A stretch of DNA of 55,804 nucleotides, the filler included, from Sphacelaria rigidula (taxonomy: Eukaryota): NCBI GenBank assembly GCA_964200075.2. It is 6 parts of 6 records of this genome, joined end to end, with 100 filler letters (N's around TTAATTAATTAA, not from the genome) between each part and the next. Parts side by side here need not be neighbours in the genome. Positions count along the whole stretch, not along the records: positions 27,955 to 37,171 come from CAXNAA020009020.1; positions 37,272 to 46,488 come from CAXNAA020009021.1; positions 46,589 to 55,804 come from CAXNAA020009022.1; 3 more parts are not named here. One strand, 5' to 3'. Numbering within the stretch: the stretch's first letter is position 1; every line of letters starts with the position of its first letter. Below are positions 35,099 to 46,949 of the stretch, piece after piece. Under the pieces are notes generated by a model that was given only the letters and a program-made list of their open reading frames with translations, did not search any database and was not told where the DNA came from. The position numbers and the translations under genes are program-made.

Positions 35099-37171
35099 AA
35101 TATTAAAGAAAAATATAATTGAAACACTTGCTGAAGAAAAGAAGGAACAGAAAAAGTCGAACAGAACGAGATAGTAGACCAAGACGTGAAATAAAAGAAA
35201 ATAATAAAAGGTCAACACAAGCAAAGCACAGAGAGAACTGGCCGATCTAAAACAAAAGCCCTGCCCGCTGGAAAGCTCCGAGTATCGCTGGATAGTCAGC
35301 CATCAGCCGGGGGAACGATTGCGAGGCGAGGCTCTCCACTTGGGGATAAGATACGTCTTCAAAATATGAGACATACAGGCAAGAACAAGGGTACGGCTCA
35401 CACTCACCTCTCCACACCAGCAATTGACATCGCGATTCACATAGGTCAGCCCGCGCGGGTTCTCGAGAGCGACATGTATCAACATCGAACGGTGTAGTCC
35501 GTGCCTACGTTACTCCAACCAGAGTAGACTGTGCTGAACTGCCGGCATTCTTATGCCATTCCTCCTGCCTCAACATAGCGACTGATACGATTCAGTTACC
35601 GCCTCAAACCATACAGTAAACATCATAGCAGGGTAGCCTACAGGCAAGTTATTGCATCAAGTGAAAGAGATTTTACTATTATAGGATTGGGTACTGCATC
35701 AATACGCACTGCCCGTTCTCAGGAAATGGCCAGTTCCGAAGAATGGGCTGAGGAGCCACCAATACCGCCAGTACATGCTCACATAGTACGTATGTCCCAT
35801 ACAGCCCCTCTGGAGAAAGAGAGCACACACACACGCTTTTCTCAAGTTGGTTTTGTCGCTTGTATCGTTGATCCTCCGTGTGGTAGCCCCCTCATAGATT
35901 CCTCTTTACTGATCAGGATTGCTGTTGCTTTTTTTCCTCTGTTTCTGTTTGTTGTTGGGCCTGGCGGGAGCCTGCCTTGCACCCAAGGGTGCTCAATGGC
36001 CAGGGGTCAGTGCCGTGGGTATTGCCTGATGTTTTCTTACCAAGGGTTGCTTTTTTCCTTTTTATTCGTCGCGTGTGATCTTTACATTCTATTTTCATGA
36101 CTCCAGCGAATCGCTTTGTCGAAGAAAATGAGAATATATTCTGGCCCCTTATTGTCGACACCACTTTTTGAAGATCTTTTAAAAATACCGGGGAAATAAT
36201 AAAAAAAAGGTGAACTCTGGTGTTTTGGGACAAAAAAAGGTGACGAAATTTTCGGCTTGGGGCGCGGCGCTGCACGCGGGCTGCACATATCGAAACACAT
36301 TCCAGCGCCTCAGACCCACGCACAAGGTGTCTGGGCAGCATGCCCGACCTTTGTTTCGTCATTTTTCACACGCGATACTGGACTCAACTACGGCGCGGAA
36401 AGGACAGCCTGTGGGAGTGCCCTTTCTTGTGAACAGACCAGGAGGGGTACGCCCTGCTCTCTGCTGGAAAAAGATCTCTTGCCCTTTTTTTTTGTGAAGT
36501 GGTGACAGTACCGCCGGCTCTGCAGAAGACACGCAGAACAGTCGCAATCATACCCACTTTGATTTTCACGAATATTCTTCGGACCTTTCGGAGCTCCGGC
36601 ACACAAGCTGAACCCTTTTGGGACCGGGCCTCCAGAACGACCAATGAGGCTGGTCAGGAATGACGTGTCTGGCGTATGCACGAAACAGTGGGGTGTTGCT
36701 GAAAATCCGCTTATGTAACCACAGGGTTACGACGAAGACCGAAAGTGCCATCCAATCTATTTTTAGGTGCAGGGTGCGCATTAGGTGGTGTACATCTGAT
36801 GTAGCAAGCAGTATGGGTTGCGGTAGAGAGCTTCCAACAGGATGCAGCGACCGGCGGGCCGCCTGCCACTTGTGGCTTTGGATGATATTTTTGTCCTTAT
36901 CACCTTGCCATACAGCCCTTTGTGGTCGGGGTGGACCGCCATTTCGCTCTTTGTTGCATGCGGCAAATTCTCTTTGAAAGGTATCAGCGTTGCGGCGCGC
37001 ATGCATACAACAGTATAGTACAGTACAGTGCAGCACGTCTCTCCGACTGAGGAGGTAAGTTTAGCTGCCGCTGCTTACTCCCTTTTACATTCTGGGCAAT
37101 TCTCAGCTACCGAGACCAATTGCCTACACACCGCTTCTTCATCCCCGCCCACTACATACATGTTGACTGCA

Positions 37172-37271
37172 NNNNNNNNNNNNNNNNNNNNNNNNNNNNN
37201 NNNNNNNNNNNNNNNTTAATTAATTAANNNNNNNNNNNNNNNNNNNNNNNNNNNNNNNNNNNNNNNNNNNN
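37172..37271. other. Artificial contig-join spacer
   Basis: Identical N44-TTAATTAATTAA-N44 structure. Confidence 0.98.
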
Positions 37272-37581
37272 ACTCATTTGTTGCTTGCCTTAGTCGTTTG
37301 ATCATTGACCACGCATCCCGTTCGAGACGGAGCTACGATAGGGGGGGGGGGTATTTAGGGCCGTTTTCTTCCACGACATTCCACTTGAATAATCGCCGTT
37401 GAAAGCAGCCCACAGTTGTTCAAACGCGCTTGCTTCCGATAAATAACGCTCAATAATACTGCTTTACACCACGTTTACCCAAATACAAGCACGCCCCGAG
37501 TGTTTTCGGTCATTTGACGTAACTATGAGCACATGTTTTCGTGAAATCAAGCACCCCCCCCCCCCCCCCCAATCGTAGCAT
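37272..37581. mobile_element. Family A LINE tail (37272-37333, minus) fused to a G-run-TIR MITE (37332-37581)
   Basis: ACTCATTTGTTGCTTGCCTTAGTC...GAGACGGAGC|TACGATAGGGGG...CCCCAATCGTAGCAT. Confidence 0.8.
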
Positions 37582-38120
37582 GGCTCGTACCTAGGCTACG
37601 AGCACGGAAAGACAGAATCACGTCCGCCGTAAAAACAATCGCACACGCTCGCGCGAGTTCAAGAATTCACGGTAGTACGCGCAGGGCCTTCACTGCCATC
37701 GAAATAAGTGTGGGCACGGCGATCATCTAGCCAAAGCAACATGGGCAATACTTGCACGTTTTTTGCCATTTTTGTCACTGTAGTGTTCTGTAGTCTCAAC
37801 AGGTAACTGCGTGATGGCTCCTGTGCTCTGTACACGAAATACCAAACCAAAACAATCAAGGTGACGAGTGAGAAGTCAACATCGGTGCCACAAATGAATA
37901 TGTTGGTCAGCTCGTCTCTGTGAGAAAGAGAGGGAAACACGCCGATTCTCATGATCATCGCTCTCGTCGTCCTCCTCCTTGTCATCCTCATCGTCTCAGT
38001 ATCTTTATCACCGCCACCATTACTATCATGATGGTGTTGCTGGCTTAACAAACAAACACACAAACAAGATCAACAACAGGAGAGAGAAAAAGAGGGCAAA
38101 ACTCAGCAGAGAATGCTCAC

Positions 38121-38308
38121 CTGCTTGTTGGTCGGCTTCCCTGCGTCTCATCACCTCCTCCACGAACGACACACGGTGTCCGTTGACCTTCGTGTTGTGA
38201 GCCTCATCGCCGCAGCCTCCGTCCACCTCTGACCCATCCTCATCCAAAAAGAGACCCTCGCGGGAAAGCTTGGAAGGGCTCTTGGTTGCGTACGTGGTCT
38301 GGTCGCAC
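38121..38308 (-). CDS. Exon D
   Basis: AAACAG acceptor and GTGAGC donor; 188 bp; TG|G=Trp junction with exon C; CDQTTYATKSPSKLSREGLFLDEDG...RVSFVEEVMRRREADQQA. Confidence 0.75.
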
Positions 38309-39274
38309 CTGTTTTAATGATGTTGCGTTAGATGTGGTGAAGGCGGGTGGGATGGGATGGAGCGTGACGAGTGGTTATGGAGGGCAGTCAGCGACGGCTG
38401 TGTATTGTGAAACGGCGACAGTGCTGGATGGGGCTCGGGGGTTCATTGCTTTGCGGGTAGAAACACGAATGATTTGGTGAGGTTGATAGAAGTTGCTCCC
38501 TCTCGCGTAACAAGTACAGAATTGACCCCGTGCTGTTTGACCGCTTGCTGGATTTTCGATCCACAGGGAGTGCCGCTGGACTATGTTCATACACAGCCAC
38601 AGAGTGATAAATAGACGATGTATCTGTAGCTTGGCGGTATCCGATGATCATTGAAAATACTCTGTTACAGAAAGACACCAAGACGTCATGTGAAAATCAA
38701 GACGAGTAAACGTGTACGGTACGGTGGTCACAGGGTTAGGGTCCGGGCGATAGGGTAAGGACTGGGGCTCGGGCTTCGAAATCGGCCTACTTACTCTCAT
38801 GTCCTATGACAGCGTGCTTGTTCGCCACACGATTTGACTCAACGGCATTGCCTTGTTCATTCTCACTACAATACACCATCGTGTTCGCCAAAACATCAAG
38901 GACTAGCTAGCACTAGGGCTGAGAGTCTTGGCTGCTTACCCTCAGGCGCTGATATAGTTGTGCGTCGCAAGTTTAAGGTCAACCGTATTTGATATGTTGG
39001 TTTTAATTGTCATACACGTTCATTTTGGTCAGGCCCTTCACCTCTCATGCAGGCGCAATATATATCCAGAACACCAATCGCAAAAGGTTCGATGTGGATC
39101 CAATACACAGCGTTGGTCTTCAGTACGTTTATCCCTATCCATGGCAAAAAAACAATGCGAACATTGTACCTAAAATGTTGCCTCTGCGGCTTCAATCGCT
39201 GACTTCTTGTAGTCTACTCGCAAGGACTGTTCAGCTCCCCCACGTTAGTCTTGTCCTTTTGATGTTACACTCAC

Positions 39275-39758
39275 CACGACATGCATTCCCTTGTAGTTCC
39301 CTCAACCAAGCTCTCTCCCCCATTATACCCACTGCATCCCTCGCTCGTGGTATCGTCAGTGTCCACAACGGACACCCCAACTCTTTCCCTGGCGTCAATC
39401 CCCCGCGGACCCGCGTCTGGCGTGAACGGCTGGCACATGTGCGACATAGACACCCGAGACGCGGCCGCACTGTCGCTCACATCCATAACATGCGGCGAGG
39501 GCGGTGAAGACAGCTGCGGCGACACCTGTTGTGTCTGCTTGATCGTGTCAGTATCGCGTGGTCGGGATCGAACCGAAGGCGGGGGGCTGTTGCTGCGAGG
39601 TGGTGTGACGCGCCGCCCGCTACCGCCTGAGCTGCGGTGGCTGCTGCGAGAGCGAGCGCGCCGGTTGTGAGATACAGGTGACCGTGGGCTACGACCGCGC
39701 CCCAAAGTTGGCGGGGCGGATGACATTGGTGCTGACGAGGATAATGGAGCGCGTGATT
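39275..39758 (-). CDS. Exon C (Ser/Arg/Pro-rich)
   Basis: GCAG acceptor and GTGAGT donor; 484 bp; phase 1 in (G|AA=Glu), phase 2 out. Confidence 0.75.
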
Positions 39759-40387
39759 CTGCTTTTTGGCGGAGGACACGAAGGTGGGAGTTGTGGAGGA
39801 GTGGAGAGGTGCGGTTACGGGGTGTTTTGGTTTATTGCAGTTGATACCTGTCTGTATCCGACGTACGTAAATATTTGCTTCCATCACAAGACATTACATC
39901 GTGACTGCGTCCGAGACTATTTGAAACAATGATGTTCTGCTTTTGTGGTGATCGTGCCAGCCCTATTCCTGTGAACGAGTCACAGCGTGCAGATATGTGC
40001 ACATATAGCGGATGTAAAAAATGCACGTGCATTCGGGGAAGTTGAAATATACGACAGATTGCATCAAAGCAGCGGTACCAAATATTACAGGCGTAATCTA
40101 CAACATGGAGCCAAAACACGTGAGCGACTGCTGCAACCGTGGGGTGAAGAACGAGCACTCTCGGACTCAAAAGTAGGGGAATCCTTCACCTTTCGGAAGC
40201 TGGCAAAACAAACCGTTGCTAGCTACAGCCACCAGCTTGCCCGATCAATGGCCGGAAGTCAAACGTAAATGACTGAAAGTGAAACATCTAAAAAAATAGA
40301 GTTCACTTACCCTGGAAAGTCATCCCCCCCATTCACGGCGAGCGGAACTGGAATATATACTTCGCAGGACTAAGTTTCATAACCCAC

Positions 40388-41187
40388 CTGTGGCATTCCC
40401 TTCCTCCTCTCCCTGTTGTTCGGCCGCCATCTCGCGCCGAAACTCTCGCAACGCCGCCATTGCCCGCCTTGCTTCCCCGTCGTCGTTCCCTTCCCCATCG
40501 CTGTCATCAAAGCTCATACGCCAATCGGACACCGAAGATCGCCCCCCGGACACTGACCCCCAGCTCACACGAGGCCGGCCCCCGCCACCGCTCCTGCGGC
40601 CGGTCCTATCAAAAGTACGTAATCTTAACGAGGTGGTGCTCTCCACCTCTGACAGCAGCCCAGCCTGGTGATCGTCGTGGGCTTGTCCCCCCGCCAGCGC
40701 AACCTCCTCCGGCGCGTCGAGCAACATCGCCTCAGACTTTGCGTCCCACCCCGTCAAGCTTAGACCGCGGTCCACGGTAACCGCTGTCGAATACGACGAA
40801 CAGTCGTCGCTATCGTCGGGCACCTCTTCGAAATCTGAATCGTCCGATGACCCTACCATGCTGATGCTACTGCCAAAGCTCTCAGGCTGGGAGTACCACG
40901 AGCCATCGTCACGTACGGAGACGGTCGAACGACGCTCGAGTGTCTCGCACGCAGCCGCTTCGTCACCGTGGTCGTAGTTACCATTTGCGCAGCCTGTGTT
41001 GCCGAATTCCGACGGCGGGTAGGTCGGCACCGCCGATGATGTCCGGGGTGCACTGCGGCCGGGAATGGGCGATGAGGTGGGACCCGTGGCTACCGCGTCT
41101 CCATCGTTATCCCAGAGAGGAATAGAGTTGATCACCTCGTCCACAATGTCGTCCCACTCGTTGCGAACGCCGTCGGGGGTCACCAAC
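40388..41187 (-). CDS. Exon B of an uncharacterised Ser/Asp/Gly-rich protein
   Basis: 800-bp open GC-rich frame; AAAG acceptor and GTGGGT donor; phase 2 in, phase 1 out. Confidence 0.8.
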
Positions 41188-42894
41188 CTTTGTTTTGTTG
41201 CGCGCAGGGGGCGAGGGAAGAAATGAACTAGTTCGTCGTGTGTAAGGGTTCAGCGCAGTACACACAAGTAGAAACACAAACGGGTCGGAGGCGGCGAGAA
41301 CCACATCGCACGAGAAAAAGGCAAACATGGAATGGGTGATGAGGACGGGGACTACGAGACCAAGATACGCCAATAGTTGACGTGCAATCGGCAACGGGGC
41401 CGGCTTCATGACCAACATGCACGACACGAAGTTGCGACGACAGCAGCGACTTGGGGGGCTCGCAATTGAAACCACGCAAAAGACACGGCATGGAGCTATG
41501 TACTTGTACCTCCCGAAAATGCAGAAAACCAACCAGGAAGACAATCAAGGCGCGCTTTGTGTTGCTGAGAAACATGTTTCCGTTTCGCCTGAGATCACCC
41601 ACCTTTAACAACACAATACGAGCAGGGAAATCTGACTCTGGAACAAAATGCAATCCTCGTATCACCATCAACAGATCAACAGACGTCAGATTAACTCGAA
41701 AATTGTACTTACAGGCTGGTTCAAGCTTATTTGCCAACACATGTTCATCGGCAAAGCTTCACGCCGGGTTTTGGACTTGAGCTTGAAAAATTTCCATACA
41801 TACATGCAGGATGAGTGATTACGGCACTTTCGATGGACGACATTCTTCGACTTCTTTCTTGTCGCCGTTTGCCGGGGTCCCAGTGTTTTCGGGCGTCCTG
41901 TGCCCCGTGGAACCCCAGAAAACCGATGGAAAAATCGAAAAATCGAAAATCTTGTTCATCTAAATTTTAGTGTGGACCCAAAGTACATGTGTACAATGCA
42001 TTAGCCTTGCTGCTAAAAACGACGTGAACGTTTGCTCCTCTATGCAAAGACGTTTTCCGTGCATGACCCAAACTCCTGACTACTTGATACTTGAATGGAA
42101 AACTATTTTCCGGTCATATGTCACGTGGAAACGAGAAAAAAGCGCATCGGTATTTCGAGCTGCAATTTGCTACCAAGCTTTTTCCAAATGATCCTTGGAC
42201 TGCCCCGGGATGTATGTATTATTTTGGTTCATTTTGAGGCACTCTTCCAGGCTTCCGGGCGTCTTCACGCTTGGACACGGAAAAAAATTGACATTTTTTC
42301 AGCAGCACGTTTTCCCGTCAGCGGTACCTATACCTACCGAACTGTCAACTCTGAGGGCGGTCGGAGCTTTCCTACGGCAGGTGGGACAGTAGCCGTCGGG
42401 AGGGTTCCTGGGTCTGGGTCCATATCGCCGGGGAAAATTCAACGATGCCAAACTCCAGATCCCCGAAATAGCACGGTTTGGGGTATAAATCGATCCTGTT
42501 GCAACCGCTTTCAAGCCTGTTTTGTCCGTTCGACTCTCGAGCTGATGGCGGTCACCACGGTTTGAAGCATGTGAGGATTGGGTAAAAATCGAGCTGGAAA
42601 CCCCTTCGCTTAGTTTCAGAAGAATTTTAAAGCCGCTGATTGGTCGCGGTACTTTTCGCTCTTAGCGCCACCGCTACGGCCTTGAACAAAAACCTGGCCA
42701 CGCCACCCCTTTGAGTTGTCCATGGCCGTCAGCATGATACCGTGCACGTGGTTATTGAGAAGGTACTGCGAAAGTAATTTGCTGATGACACAATGTTGGG
42801 CGAAAATCGTGAACCAGTCTGTACCCAATATATCTTTCATTTGACCGATGATCAATTCATCTAGTTTTCAAACGATTATTTCCGAGGTTGCATT

Positions 42895-43205
42895 CTGTAG
42901 GATACGGGTATGTTCGGTAGGGTATGAGATTTCTTTCAGAAATTGCGTTACTGTCGGGTTTTGGTACTGAAATCTTGCAGAACTCATAGAACCGTCGTGT
43001 ACGGTATCGAGGGTGTACAGAAACCCATACCCGCCACCGGGTACTTCTACGACGGTATACCCGGACCATTTTGTAGAGACCGTACAGAGCTGTCGAGTAC
43101 CGGTGTGAGAGGCTTACAGAACTAACAGAACCGCCGGGTACGGGTATGAGAAGCTTACAGAACACACAGAACTGTCGGGTACGAGTCATATCCGGGTAAG
43201 TACCC
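42895..43205. repeat. Degenerate subrepeat array (CTTACAGAAC..ACAGAACTGTCGGGTACGGGTATG)
   Basis: Several diverged copies visible. Confidence 0.65.
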
Positions 43206-43591
43206 CTGATATACAAAAATCGTACCGTACGAGCTAGGCCCGCCTAAAACGAAATCAAGTTCCAACAGTCATATCTCAATGACACAGAAAAATTAGGCCG
43301 TGATCCGCACATAAAGTTAGCGGTATCACACCAAACAAAATAGTCATAACTCGAAGGAAACAAAACACTGGATGCTTCTGTCAAGAAGATTTCAATCGCA
43401 CTGCGAACTCCTCTGGAGGAAGGTAGGGGTTTGAAGGGATGGTAAGTATATGTAAATGATCGAAATGCAACCTTCCCGGTGAACAGAAACTTACTACGAC
43501 CTGGTTTACACCCATCACTCGAAATTGTGTCATCAGAAAACGCCTTCCGTAATACCTACCCCGTTGTCGCATACATGGTATCATACATACC

Positions 43592-43984
43592 GGCCGGTCG
43601 CCCCGATGGCTCAGTTGGTAACCTCGAAACCTTCTGACGGTTGGGTCATAATATATGTTCGAATCTCGGAGCGATCTGGGATTTTTGCTCACACAATGCC
43701 CAACAGTTGAGAGCGACTATGAACATGTCGTGGGTACACAAAATTCGACTCAACAGTCGACGAGGGAAAGGGACTGCTGAACCTCTCTCTTGATGAAAAA
43801 TAAGGGTAAGCACCGCAGAAGGAGGACGGAGTACAAAAACAAAAAAAACAAAAAAAACTCCCGTGTTGGCCTTCCTCCTGTGTGACCACGGCTGGCGCGC
43901 CCACATATACCGAAAGGTGTAGACCGGTGTCCAGCATAGACGGGACGACAACACACACACCGCCATGGACAACTGAAGAGGGTA
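43592..43984 (+). mobile_element. Full-length tRNA-derived SINE with 7-bp TSD ACATACC
   Basis: A box TGGCTCAGTTGG (43607-43618), B box GTTCGAATC (43657-43665); ACATACC at 43585-43591 and 43985-43991. Confidence 0.8.
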
Positions 43985-45374
43985 ACATACCCGGATTTTA
44001 TTTGAGGTCAGGGGGGTGGCGCTAAGGGCGAAAAAGTACCTCGACCAATCAACGCCCTTCAAACTGAAATTAAAACACGAATTCCCAGCACAACTTCTAC
44101 CCACATCTTGATACTTCGAATCGCGGTTACCGCCAATAGCTCGGGAATTCAACGGGAAAAACTAGTTCGAAAACAGCTGCTGTGGAGTCGACTTACACCC
44201 AAAGTCATGATATTTCGGGTATGTGGGGCTTCGGTGTCTTCGGATTTCCACTGACAGTAGACACTAAAATCCCGGGAAGCCAACTGATGGTTTCCCTTAC
44301 ATATTTCGTAGAACAGCTCCGACCGCCCTCGTACTCGGTAGTTTGGTAGATATTGGCGCTTCCAATGCAAAAAGTGTACTGTTGACTAAATGAAAGTTCC
44401 TTCGCTCTTAACCGGCTTCCGGGGTCCCAGAGTGAAGACCCCCGAACTCCCGTACAGCATCCTTAAAAAAATAAGGAAATAAATGTATGCGTCCTGGGGT
44501 AGACCAAGGAACGGTTGTACAAAGTTTCGCTGCGAAAGTCAAAAGCCTTCCGCAGTTTTCTTCGCTTGATGTAGAACATACCCGGAAGAGATACTTTCAT
44601 ACTAAAATCAAGTAGTTAGGAGTTTATGCCTTTCAAGCCTAGCTCACCGCATAAAAGCGCGAACGTTGACGCCGATTCTCAAAGTTCGACTCTGAAACCT
44701 TAGCAGAATTACATCATGGGACACTTCAAAACATTTTTGGAATCTGGTCTCTGAGTTCATTCATTGTTTCGCTAGTTATCGGGAGTCCCAGAAGGGCATA
44801 TGACTCCCCCACGTCGTGAGACCCCCGGCAACTGGCAAGAATAAGAATAAAAAACGCCACTCATAGAAGGTTTCGTCATGTCGCAGATCCAAAAATTGGC
44901 GTGGAAAGTTGTGGATGAATGAATTCCGAGCGATGAGGATAAAGGAGCTCGTACGCGGACATGGAAGCGCTTACAACAAAAAGGTTTAATCCGTGCAAAA
45001 ACAATTGAGAACGTTCCACAACTCGGAGCATTTGGGGATTAGTTCGAAAAAAGTCCCCGAGTCGGCCGCAAAGTTGGAGTGCGTGCACAAAGCGTCGACG
45101 AAGCGCCCCGAGATCATCGCAGAGAGTAGACAGAGCAAGTCATCTTCCAATATGGCAAAATGCCCTGACTCTCTATGCTAGCAAAGACGATTAATCTCTC
45201 AAACACCCACGTAGGCATTTTGTAGGCACTTGGTGTTTTTCACGTCGCGACAAGTGAACTCAGACTCCCAGCATCAACAGCTCCGCCGTATTTTTCATAA
45301 AATAAGCTACTGCTTCCCATAGAATTGAAATACATGTGTGCATATAAACAAGTATTTCACAGTTTGCCCCTCAC

Positions 45375-45634
45375 ATAACGTTCGCGAGATTGTCCACAGT
45401 AGCGATGGACGGTACGAAGGTCTCGCCAGCATCCTTCTTGGGTGGACGGTCAATACTACCCGCGCCATGTTTGACAGCGGTCGTTTCTGGGGCTACGTGC
45501 ATGCTGTCGTCTGTCGTACTGGCAGTAGCGTCCTTGGCGGGGTTGACGGTAGGCGGAATGTCTTGGTTGCCGTGCTTCACCCTCTGCACTGCAGATGCCA
45601 AGAAGTCGTGTACTGACAGCGCCTCCGGAAGTGC
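45375..45634 (-). CDS. Exon A of an uncharacterised low-complexity protein
   Basis: CCAG acceptor and GTGAGG donor; 260 bp, open (ALPEALSVHDFLASAVQRVKHG...); ends in phase 2, compatible with exon B. Confidence 0.6.
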
Positions 45635-46430
45635 CTGGTGAGTTTTTGAGGGTTTTGATGTTTGTACACATATATATATATACATATAAATATATTGGTG
45701 AATATATTTTTTTCACATTAGTGGCGGGAACAACAAGCAAAGTGAGCACACGAACAGGCAAAACGCGACGCAAGGCAAAAGTAAGTACATGATGATGCCT
45801 TGGACCGGATTGGGTGGGGACAAATATTGTAGAAAGTACCAACATAGCTCTACCATTTTAGGATTTTGAGCTACACTGAGGTAGCCCAGCGATTGGCGTA
45901 CTGCTAACAGAGCTCGCTACACGTGCAAAGCTCTCTCTTTTCTGACTGTGTTTGTCTTCGAATGTGTGACCTGAGAGGATCTACCGGGAAAGAAGAATAG
46001 TGTATCGTACGTGCACATTTACCTGTGTTCTCCTCCAACCTTGAAGCACTAACATCGGCTAACCCGTGCCTGAAGCCGGCTTACAAAGGGGAACACACAC
46101 ACAACAAAGCGAGCAATTTACCCGAGGGGAGCCGACGTCCTGGACGCCGGAGTACTCACAGGCACATTGAACACACATGTACAGTACCCTTACGCATATG
46201 TTCTCACGATATATACGTACTACTGTACGTTTTTTGTACTTGTCATGATCCTGGCGTTCGAACGCCATCGACCAACGCTCGACCGGGCTCATCTTTCCGC
46301 GAGAGAGCTCTTTTTTTTCCGGTGAATCAAGTTCCCACCGGGTGGGGTGAAGTGGCAAGGCTCAGACCGTTGCGCATCACACCCCGGTGCCAGAGCTGGG
46401 GAAAGGAGGGTGAGCGAAACGAGTGGTGGG

Positions 46431-46488
46431 TGGGGTGTACTCATGATCATGCATGCCATAGTCATAAGACCATTGACCTCGCATCCCT
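46431..46488 (-). mobile_element. Family B 3' tail at a contig end
   Basis: Near-identical to 27799-27854. Confidence 0.8.
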
Positions 46489-46588
46489 NNNNNNNNNNNN
46501 NNNNNNNNNNNNNNNNNNNNNNNNNNNNNNNNTTAATTAATTAANNNNNNNNNNNNNNNNNNNNNNNNNNNNNNNNNNNNNNNNNNNN
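46489..46588. other. Artificial contig-join spacer
   Basis: Identical N44-TTAATTAATTAA-N44 structure. Confidence 0.98.
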
Positions 46589-46744
46589 CATGCGAATCAC
46601 CGAACACACCACGGCGCTTCGCGCTTGATGATTGAGTGCGAGCCTAGTCCGGCGAAAACCCGGCGAGCTTCGTCCCGGCTTTGTAGGGATACGAAGGCAA
46701 TAGTATTATGACTATGGTAGACATGGTCATGAGTACACTCCCCT
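46589..46744 (+). mobile_element. Family B 3' part in sense orientation, ending GAGTACACTCCCC
   Basis: Reverse complement of ~19579-19730. Confidence 0.75.
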
Positions 46745-46949
46745 CAAAAATGAGGGAAAATGGCGGTTTCTTTCAGCGCCGTAAGCTCACAGAATCGGTA
46801 AAAACGCTTTAAACGTATCTACGTGATCGAGGGGCATTAGGCCGACAAAGAAGTCATCGGGCACCATCGCTGAAAGTGTGGAGAAAGCATCATTTCTGGC
46901 TTGAAAATCACTGTAGTGTACAACCTCATTTTATATCATTGCTTATTTT

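Larger units (their letters stand above)
42622..44066. repeat. ~75-bp inverted repeat pair (42622-42698 and 43991-44066), probable DNA-transposon/MITE ends in an intron
   Basis: TGATTGGTCGCGGTACTTTTCGCTCTTAGCGCCACC versus GGTGGCGCTAAGGGCGAAAAAGTACCTCGACCAATCA. Confidence 0.7.

Noticed and set aside
40311..40347. 37-bp micro-exon with a CCAG acceptor and GTAAGT donor
   Set aside because: It needs a 40-bp intron and breaks the frame between exons B and C.
9263..46544. TTAATTAATTAA motif recurring every ~9318 bp
   Set aside because: Assembly linker; the periodicity comes from sorting contigs by length.
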